A DNA stretch of 12,121 nucleotides from an uncultured bacterium. Its GTDB lineage: Bacteria > Hydrogenedentota > Hydrogenedentia > Hydrogenedentales > JAEUWI01. The notes beneath the pieces were generated by a model. The model worked only from the letters and a program-made list of their open reading frames with translations, did not search any database and was not told the DNA's origin. A program made the position numbers and the translations under genes. This document shows positions 1 through 6,918 of the stretch, one piece after another. The stretch is from NCBI GenBank assembly GCA_963977445.1, contig CAXBPH010000211.1, forward strand, positions 1 through 12,121, in the 5' to 3' direction. Position 1 is the stretch's first letter. Each line of letters begins with the position of its first letter.

Positions 1-53
1 CCAAAACCATAGAAACTCTCATAAGCCCTGGACCAAAGACAGGGGGCTTGCCA
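1..53 (-). mobile_element. Candidate IS3-family (IS407-group-like) terminal inverted repeat; element would continue off the left edge
   Basis: Minus strand from 53 reads TGGCAAGCCCCCTGTCTTTGGTCCAG. The 5'-TG start, C-run and GGxCCAG resemble IS407-group ends as I recall them. No transposase or second end is visible in the window. Confidence 0.35.
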
Positions 54-615
54 CACTTGCATTGAAGGTGATTTTTTGGGCTTCCAGAAGCCCGGCACCG
101 TCAAGACTCAGGGTGGGGATACCACATTGGCCGTCTTTGAGGTCGTTCAGCAGGTCAACGGGCGTTTCCTGAGTCAGGGAAAAACTGGTGCCCAGACCAT
201 TGTTGTCGGCTGCCGCACCGAGTAACAAGGGCTCGGCACCTGGTTCCAGGACGGTCAGTCTCAGGGTCGCGGTATCGAAGGGGTCAAAGGTGCCTTCGGT
301 GGCGACGATCTCGGTTGATTTCAGTTCAACGCCCGTGATGGTGACCAGATCGGCGATCAGGTCACCGGCGGCATTACGAATCAGCGCATCCAGTTGCTCC
401 GGGCTGAACAGGTCACAAAAGGCGGGCAAATTTACTTCGGCCGAACCTGTCGCGGCATCGGTCGCCGATATTTCAACGTTTCGTACCAGCTCGATGGTTA
501 CTTCAATGGGCAGGGAGAGGCCGTTGCAGCTGGTCAGTTGGGTCATCGCCAAGGCGGCGAATGCTGCGGTTGCCACAAAATATTTGCAGGAAGATAGTTT
601 GGCTCGTAGATTCAT
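19..615 (-). CDS. Hypothetical lipoprotein (198 aa), C-terminus possibly altered by insertion
   Basis: Basic N-terminus, hydrophobic stretch and lipobox LTS-C30. GAGGA upstream of the ATG. Acidic, beta-rich-looking mature part with no recognisable family. Confidence 0.75.
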   Translation of the reverse strand: MNLRAKLSSCKYFVATAAFAALAMTQLTSCNGLSLPIEVTIELVRNVEISATDAATGSAEVNLPAFCDLFSPEQLDALIRNAAGDLIADLVTITGVELKSTEIVATEGTFDPFDTATLRLTVLEPGAEPLLLGAAADNNGLGTSFSLTQETPVDLLNDLKDGQCGIPTLSLDGAGLLEAQKITFNASVASPLSLVQGL

Positions 616-755
616 AACGTCATTTCCTCATGAGTCGAATTCGAAGACTGCGCCCGACAGGGATGCGCTGTTCTAGTCAGTATACCGCAGGCCATCCGGT
701 CCATTACACGGTTCGGAAATGAACGTCGACCGAGCATGATGTGTAACCCCTTTGA

Positions 756-1796
756 CTACGGTTGTTTAAGGGTGGCCAATACCTTCCACATCGTTTTATC
801 CCAGCTGTAACGGCTGGCGATTTTATTGCCCGTGTGGACCCGTTTCGCCCGGCTCTGCTCATCTTCTGAGAGTATGCGCTTCAGGGATTGGAAGAAGGCA
901 TCCATACTCTCGCCATTGAAGAAGATGGGGGCATCGCCAGCGACTTCGGACACCCCACGGGAGCCAGCGGCAAGCACGGGAACACCCGTCGCCAACGCCT
1001 CCAGAACGCGCAGCCCGCTACCATCGTGGGGCGCGGCATAGAGGAAAAACTGGGCTTCCTTGTAGAGGCCCGACAGATGATTGGCCGGGCATTGCTCGAT
1101 GCGGACGACGCCCGGGCCCCATTGATCGGGCTCGTCGGGTAACGCAGGTCCTACGACCACCTGGGTAAAGGGAAATTCCTTGTGGCGTTTTTCTAAGGCC
1201 GCCCGCACGGTGGCAAGGAGCGGCGCCGTCAGGGGATCGTAAAACAGGATGATATAGGGCTTTTCCACCACAGAGCGGGTGGGGGAGCTGAGACCATCGG
1301 CCACGCCCGGTGGGGCCACTACGATTTTTTCCATGGGCGCTTCAAAGAGCTCCAGGCAGCGCCGTCGCAGATGTTCTGTGGGCACAATGATGTGGCGTGC
1401 GGTGATGCACGCTTTCCTGGCGTCCTTAAAATTGGCTGTATGGCCCTTTTGACCTTCCCAGGCAGCCAAGTCCAGGGCCAGCAGCACTTGCGGAAAGCTG
1501 GTCTTTGTCAGGGCTGTCTGTAGGGGTGATACGACCAAATCTGCCAGATGCTTTTTCAAGAGGCCATCAACCGAGTTCGAGCCGGAAAAACGGGCACGAA
1601 GCCCCGATTCCGGCGGGACGGACTCAATAGAAGGCAGGTTGGGCAGGGGGGAGGCCTCGTCCAGCACGTGTAGACACGAGAATTGAACGGCGGACTTCTC
1701 TTTCTGAATGCGCGTAATCACCTGGTCGAGATATCGCACGACGTGATGGGGAAACGCTTCGGTGCTTCCGGGGAGGGTGTTAATGACGATATGCAT
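756..1796 (-). CDS. Glycosyltransferase family 4 (GT-B fold), divergent
   Basis: HIIVPTEHLRR and KIVVAPPGV segments, DGSGLRVLEALATGVPVL (E-X7-E-like), EVAGDA and a C-terminal YSW are typical of GT4. Start placed at ATG 1796 (MHIVIN, a typical first beta-strand) rather than TTG 1913. Confidence 0.85.
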   Translation of the reverse strand: MHIVINTLPGSTEAFPHHVVRYLDQVITRIQKEKSAVQFSCLHVLDEASPLPNLPSIESVPPESGLRARFSGSNSVDGLLKKHLADLVVSPLQTALTKTSFPQVLLALDLAAWEGQKGHTANFKDARKACITARHIIVPTEHLRRRCLELFEAPMEKIVVAPPGVADGLSSPTRSVVEKPYIILFYDPLTAPLLATVRAALEKRHKEFPFTQVVVGPALPDEPDQWGPGVVRIEQCPANHLSGLYKEAQFFLYAAPHDGSGLRVLEALATGVPVLAAGSRGVSEVAGDAPIFFNGESMDAFFQSLKRILSEDEQSRAKRVHTGNKIASRYSWDKTMWKVLATLKQP

Positions 1797-2149
1797 AATA
1801 TGTTGAAGTACTATCCGTTGTCGGTTGCGAGTCGGTGCCCCAGCGGTATCCGTCCACTTGAAGTGGGTTATTCTATACCATATTGACCGGAGAATTACCG
1901 AAAAGGCGTCCAATGCGTTTTTTCGGTCTGTCGGTCATATTTCTCCTCCGTCACAAATCTAGAATCTAAACGTGATCCTTTGTTAAACTACACCCTGCGT
2001 ATTTCAGGAATGTGGTGAAAACCGTATCCTTTTCGAGACTTCCGTCTTTGACGATGCGCTTTCTACCCACACCCCGATCGCCCGTAGCGTTTGGTCGACC
2101 CCAGAATTCAGGGTGTGTGAGTTTCAGCAGGCCTAAGGACAGTGTATCC

Positions 2150-3031
2150 ATGAATCAACTTGATCAACTGGAATCCAAGAGTATCCACATCCTTCGGGAA
2201 GCATACCGGGAATTCAGCAATCTCTGCATGTTGTGGTCAATCGGCAAAGACAGCACGGTCATGCTCTGGCTGGCCCGTAAGGCTTTCTTTGGCCATTGCC
2301 CCTTACCATTGGTCCACGTGGACACCTCATTCAAGATTCCGAAGATGATTACCTACCGCGACGATTTGGCGCGGAAGTGGAATCTGAACATGGTGGTGGG
2401 TCAGAACAAAGAGGCCATCGCCAACAAGCAGACCTTCCCCGACGGTGCCTTGACCCGCCTTCAGTGCTGCAAGGCCCTGAAGAGTGAGGCTCTCAAGCAC
2501 ACCCTGTCGGGCGAGTGGGAGCGTATGCGTCTCAATCACACCACGGGTGAATATGAAGTGGACGCCAACAAAGAGCCCTACACCGGTGTTATCGTGGGGG
2601 TGCGTTCCGATGAAGAGGGCAGCCGCTCGAAGGAACGCTATTTCTCGCCCCGGGATCGTCAAAATGACTGGGACGTGGATGATCAGCCCCCGGAATTGTG
2701 GAGTCAGTATAAGACCGACTTCTCGCCCGGTACCCACGTGCGTATTCACCCCCTCCTCGACTGGACGGAGTTGAATCTCTGGGAATATATCCAGCGGGAG
2801 AACATTCCCCTCGTAGATCTATACTTCGATCGGGGCGAAGGCACCCGTTACCGCTCCCTTGGCTGTGGCCCCTGCACCTCCTGCGTGGAGTCGACGTCAA
2901 AGAATGTTGATGACGTGGTGGAAGAAATTCGTAGCGGAAAATTTGCCAATATTGCCGAGCGATCAGGTCGCGCACAGGATAAAGATGATGGCGGTGGTCT
3001 GGAGACCTTGCGCCGTGATGGTTATATGTAA
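2150..3031 (+). CDS. cysD: Sulfate adenylyltransferase subunit 2 (PAPS reductase family)
   Basis: [15 protein letters not shown]-terminus, PP-loop [49 protein letters not shown]-terminal DGYM. AAGGA before ATG 2150. Directly upstream of cysN. Confidence 0.95.
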   Translation: MNQLDQLESKSIHILREAYREFSNLCMLWSIGKDSTVMLWLARKAFFGHCPLPLVHVDTSFKIPKMITYRDDLARKWNLNMVVGQNKEAIANKQTFPDGALTRLQCCKALKSEALKHTLSGEWERMRLNHTTGEYEVDANKEPYTGVIVGVRSDEEGSRSKERYFSPRDRQNDWDVDDQPPELWSQYKTDFSPGTHVRIHPLLDWTELNLWEYIQRENIPLVDLYFDRGEGTRYRSLGCGPCTSCVESTSKNVDDVVEEIRSGKFANIAERSGRAQDKDDGGGLETLRRDGYM

Positions 3032-3089
3032 GCCCCACGGTACGCGTTGTACGACCCATTGGCCTCAACTCAGGTAGCACAGGTTTTTT

Positions 3090-4898
3090 ATGAGCACGAA
3101 TTCGATTCTCGATCGCCAGCATATGGATATAGTTATCGTAGGTCACGTAGACCACGGTAAAAGCACGGTCATCGGCCGCCTCATGGCCGATACCGACTCT
3201 CTGCCCGAAGGTAAGCTGGAGCAGGTGAAAGCCATGTGTGCGGCGAATTCCCGGCCTTTTGAATATGCCTTCCTGCTGGATGCCCTGAAGAATGAGCAGG
3301 CCCAGGGTATCACCATCGACACGGCCCGGTGTTTCTTCAAGACCGAGAAACGCCACTACATCATCAATGATGCGCCGGGACATATCGAGTTCCTGAAAAA
3401 TATGGTGACCGGTGCGGCCCGCGCTGAAGCGGCCCTCCTGGTTATCGATGCCGGCGAAGGTGTCCAGGAAAACAGCAAACGTCACGGCTACATGGTCTCC
3501 ATGCTTGGCGTGAAGCAGCTTTGCGTGCTCGTCAACAAGATGGACCTGGTCGACTACAGCGAAGCCAAGTTTGAAGCCATTAAGACGGAATACACCGATT
3601 TTCTGGAGCAGTTGGGCGTGCACCCCACGGCCTTTATTCCCGTCAGTGCCCGGGAAGGCGTAAACATTGCCGCCAGTCCCAAGGCAGAGATGCCGTGGTA
3701 CGACGGCATGACCGTTCTCGAACAAGTGGACGGCTTTGAAAAGTCCCGGGGCGATTCCGACAAGACCTTTCGTCTGCCCGTGCAAGACATCTATAAATTT
3801 ACGGCATCCGACGATGATCGCCGTATCGTTGCAGGCACCGTCACCACCGGCACGGTCCGCGTGGGGGATGGGGTTCGCTTTTTGCCTTCCGGCAAGGAAT
3901 CGGTGGTCAAGTCGGTAGAGGGGTTTTCCATGCCGGTGCAGACCGAAGCCGAAGCGGGCCATGCGACGGGCGTTACCCTCACCACACAGATCTATATCAA
4001 GCCCGGTGAACTCATGGTGCGCCTTGACCAACCCCAGCCCAAAGTGAGCCGCCGTTTTCGCGTCAATATGTTCTGGATGGGACGGCCCCCCATGGTTATG
4101 GGCAAGCAATACAAGCTCAAGGTGGGTGCAGCTTCCGTGTCCGCCGAGCTGGCCGAAGTAATCCAGGTACTGGATGCTTCTGAGCTGAGCTCGGTCTCCA
4201 ACAAGAAACAGGTCGATCGTCACGATGTGGCCGAGTGCATCATAGAAACCACCCGGCCCATTGCCTTCGATTTGCGCAATGAACTGGAAATGACCGGCCG
4301 TGTTGTCATCGTGGATGACTTCGAAATCGCCGGTGCCGGTGTAATTCTTGAAGCCCTAGACGACACAGGTTCGGTTATGGCCGAGCACATCCAGCAACGT
4401 GAATTCGCCTGGGAACGGGGCCTCGTGACCAACGAAGAGCGTTCCGAGCGCTATGGCAACGTGGGCAAACTCATTATCCTCCACGGCGAATACGGCTGTG
4501 GCAAACGCCGGACCGCCAAGCAGCTGGAGCGTGCCCTCTTTGATATGGGCCACAAGACCTACTACTTCGGTATCTCCAACTACTTTGAAGAACTCGATCA
4601 CGATGCCCGCACCCGGGACCGTGCCCGTGAAAATCACCTCGAAAAGCTGGGCGACCTTGCCCGCGTAATTACTGATGCCGGAAGCCTCCTCATCACGACG
4701 GTGACCGATGCCGATGACTTTGATCTCGAGCGCCTCAAGATGATGACGGCACCGATTGAGATTTTCGTGGTGAACCTCGGTGAAAACCAGTTCGACAACT
4801 TCCCCATCGACGTGGCCCTGCCCTATCGCCCGGAGATGGACAATGCGATTAAGACTATCGTGGATACGATGAAGGCAAAGGGGATTTTGCTGAAGTAA
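3090..4898 (+). CDS. cysN: Sulfate adenylyltransferase subunit 1 (EF-Tu-like GTPase) fused to a degenerate APS-kinase-like C-terminal domain
   Basis: G1 [10 protein letters not shown]2 GITID, G3 DAPGH, G4 NKMD, G5 SAREG, plus [10 protein letters not shown]-terminal ~150 aa follow the CysC pattern (GEYGCGK...AKQLERALF...DAGSLLI). Confidence 0.95.
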   Translation: MSTNSILDRQHMDIVIVGHVDHGKSTVIGRLMADTDSLPEGKLEQVKAMCAANSRPFEYAFLLDALKNEQAQGITIDTARCFFKTEKRHYIINDAPGHIEFLKNMVTGAARAEAALLVIDAGEGVQENSKRHGYMVSMLGVKQLCVLVNKMDLVDYSEAKFEAIKTEYTDFLEQLGVHPTAFIPVSAREGVNIAASPKAEMPWYDGMTVLEQVDGFEKSRGDSDKTFRLPVQDIYKFTASDDDRRIVAGTVTTGTVRVGDGVRFLPSGKESVVKSVEGFSMPVQTEAEAGHATGVTLTTQIYIKPGELMVRLDQPQPKVSRRFRVNMFWMGRPPMVMGKQYKLKVGAASVSAELAEVIQVLDASELSSVSNKKQVDRHDVAECIIETTRPIAFDLRNELEMTGRVVIVDDFEIAGAGVILEALDDTGSVMAEHIQQREFAWERGLVTNEERSERYGNVGKLIILHGEYGCGKRRTAKQLERALFDMGHKTYYFGISNYFEELDHDARTRDRARENHLEKLGDLARVITDAGSLLITTVTDADDFDLERLKMMTAPIEIFVVNLGENQFDNFPIDVALPYRPEMDNAIKTIVDTMKAKGILLK

Positions 4899-4987
4899 GG
4901 GGCGTCACGAGCCAAGCTTGCCGATCGGCGACCTTTGGCCCAAATGTCGCGATGTTCAGAATTGCCCGGCGGCGTATGGGGTTCTAT

Positions 4988-5407
4988 TCATCCCATTGTC
5001 CTGGGCCGATAGAGCACAAGGTCTAAGTGTCTGGCGAATCCGGTGAAGTCCTTGTCCGTTGTGAATACCGGCGCACCATACCGACGGGCGACAGCGCAGA
5101 TTAGAAAATCGATGTGGGAGCCTTGAATGCCCTTCGCGCGGCAGATTGTGAATGCCCGTGCCGCTTCTTCGTAATCACCCGTTTCGATTGGGAGATCATC
5201 GAATGCCGAGAGGTGTCGTCTGACACTTTCGAAGTTGTCAGGGTCCGAAATGCCTGAGAGTAGCTCCTGGCGAATTGGGCCAATGAGCGTCGCACGCGAC
5301 TCTGTTATGAGTTCCGACAATTCTGCGACCCACACCGCATCCTTTGCGTAGCTCTTCCGCCTCCGGAGTGCCAGAGACCAAATCGTTGTATCCACAAGAA
5401 CGATCAA
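4988..5407 (-). CDS. vapC: PIN-domain ribonuclease toxin (VapC family)
   Basis: VLVDTTIW, QELLSG, IDFLICAVA, FTTDKDF give the conserved acidic PIN residues. TTG start overlaps the antitoxin stop (TTGA), indicating translational coupling. Confidence 0.93.
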   Translation of the reverse strand: MIVLVDTTIWSLALRRRKSYAKDAVWVAELSELITESRATLIGPIRQELLSGISDPDNFESVRRHLSAFDDLPIETGDYEEAARAFTICRAKGIQGSHIDFLICAVARRYGAPVFTTDKDFTGFARHLDLVLYRPRTMG

Positions 5408-5604
5408 CGGCGGCTTCGCCCCTTCTTGTGGTCATAGTTTGGGTCGAAATCGATGGTTCCGAAGAGTTTAAGTACCTGTATCTGCTTTCGCCGTTGAATA
5501 TACTCCAGCAAAGCCTGATTTACCGTCGCCTTCTTGGTTTTGAGGCCCCCCTCCTTCACCGCTTCGGAGAGCAGCGCGTCATCTATGGCAAGATTTGTGG
5601 GCAT
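5404..5604 (-). CDS. vapB: VapB-family antitoxin (DUF2191-like)
   Basis: MPTNLAIDDALL...GLKTKKATVNQALLEYI ribbon-helix-helix-type signature, 66 aa, strong AAGGAGGT RBS, immediately upstream of the PIN toxin. Confidence 0.93.
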   Translation of the reverse strand: MPTNLAIDDALLSEAVKEGGLKTKKATVNQALLEYIQRRKQIQVLKLFGTIDFDPNYDHKKGRSRR

Positions 5605-5620
5605 GGCAATTACCTCCTTT

Positions 5621-5656
5621 TACACAAATGTTAACACAAAAATATGTGTAGGGCAA
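5621..5656 (-). promoter_or_regulatory. sigma70-type promoter and palindromic operator of vapBC
   Basis: Minus strand TTGCCC-N17-TAACAT with extended -10 TG. Inverted repeat TACACA(5621-5626)/TGTGTA(5645-5650) and nested ACACA-N6-TGTGT overlap the spacer and start site. Confidence 0.7.
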
Positions 5657-5792
5657 TGGGCCGATGGGGTATGATTCGATGCCGAAGTGAGTCGAGTTTG
5701 TGGGCGATATCGTTTCGGACAGGTCATGGGGTGCGTTTAGGTTATCATTCCATTTTGGGCCCCCACGTAAACCGATCCAATGGAGTGTCATT

Positions 5793-6896
5793 ATGAATTC
5801 CTGTATTCAACGCATCTTAGCGTCCGTAGTATTGCTTTCCCTGGCCTACGCTACGACTGCCCAGCCGGTCATTGCGACCACCATGCCCGATGGTACGCCG
5901 AACAAGGCCGCCTGGATGGCCCAGGGCTCTTATGGCGTGATGACCCACTATCTCATCCGTCCGGAAGGCGCTACGCCCGAAGAAAAGGCGGCGGACCTCA
6001 ATCGTACGGTCGATAATTTTGACCTGGATTCCTTTATGGCCCAGTTCGACGCCACGGGGGCGGATTGGCTTATCTTCACCCTCATGCAGGGCACGGGCTT
6101 TCTGTCGAGCAAGAGCGAGTTTATCGACGCCCTCCAGCCAGGCCTTACGCCCAATCGCGACCTGATTCCCGAGATTGGAAAACGGCTCCACGAGCGGGGC
6201 AAGCGCCTGATTGTGTATATGCCCCATGGCATGACGGGAGCCGACCCCATGGTGAAGCAGCTGCTCGGTCTGGGGACGGAGGGCTACGCCGAGCGGCACC
6301 TGGAGTTTCTGCGCCACTATTCGTTGAAGGGCGGCGAATTTATCGACGGCTGGTGGTTTGACAGCGCACGGCCCCAGGAAAACGATATCTGGCAGGGGGA
6401 GATAGATGCGTGCCGTGCAGGTAACCTCGATGCGGTCGTTTCCTTCAGCGGTGCCGAGTTCTGCACCCGTAGCGGCGATGTGGCTCCCCGCTGTCCCATT
6501 GAGGACTACCACGCGGGCGAAATTCACCTGCTGGAAGACAGCAAGATTCGCACGGACTTCGTCTATCCGCCGGGGGAAGGCAACATCCTGGTCGACAAAG
6601 ACGGTAAGTTGCGGAAGCGCGACCAGGAGGCCTTGTTCTATATGCCCGACGGACAGTTCATCGACAATGTCCAGTGGCACGGCCTGTTGCCCATTGACCT
6701 GACCTTCAATCCGGCCATTCCGAATCAATATTGCCACTACACCGACAAGGAACTCTTCAAGTTTGTCGAAGATGTGAAAGCCGTCGGTGGTGCGTTGACG
6801 ATCAATGTGCCCATCGAAAACGTAAACGGCCACCTCCCCGAAGACACCCTCAGCCAATTGACCCGCCTGGGTCATCACCTGAAGGGCGAAAAATAG
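5793..6896 (+). CDS. Secreted glycoside hydrolase, clan GH-R-like (alpha-L-fucosidase GH29 / GH107-related TIM barrel)
   Basis: Signal peptide (RILASVVLLSLAYATTA-Q), WM...YGVMTHY, TGADWLIFT, RDLIPEIGKRLHERGKRLIVY, nucleophile motif IDGWWFD, GGALTINV. GGAG before ATG 5793. Confidence 0.7.
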   Translation: MNSCIQRILASVVLLSLAYATTAQPVIATTMPDGTPNKAAWMAQGSYGVMTHYLIRPEGATPEEKAADLNRTVDNFDLDSFMAQFDATGADWLIFTLMQGTGFLSSKSEFIDALQPGLTPNRDLIPEIGKRLHERGKRLIVYMPHGMTGADPMVKQLLGLGTEGYAERHLEFLRHYSLKGGEFIDGWWFDSARPQENDIWQGEIDACRAGNLDAVVSFSGAEFCTRSGDVAPRCPIEDYHAGEIHLLEDSKIRTDFVYPPGEGNILVDKDGKLRKRDQEALFYMPDGQFIDNVQWHGLLPIDLTFNPAIPNQYCHYTDKELFKFVEDVKAVGGALTINVPIENVNGHLPEDTLSQLTRLGHHLKGEK

Positions 6897-6918
6897 GCCC
6901 TATTCATTTGACGCACTC

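Noticed and set aside
2012..2149. N-terminal extensions given by the ORF track for cysD (also GT4 1913, GH 5700, regulator 10990)
   Set aside because: Family similarity or the signal peptide begins at the downstream ATGs, which mostly have better RBS sequences.
2589..4223. 544-aa minus-strand ORF opposite cysD/cysN
   Set aside because: It is codon-aligned antisense to cysN, a typical shadow ORF of GC-biased genes, with no recognisable motifs.
4899..4987. Palindromes between cysN and vapC as an integron attC site or terminator
   Set aside because: No RYYYAAC/GTTRRRY core pair and no U-tract; only short palindromes (CAAGCTTG, GCCGATCGGC).
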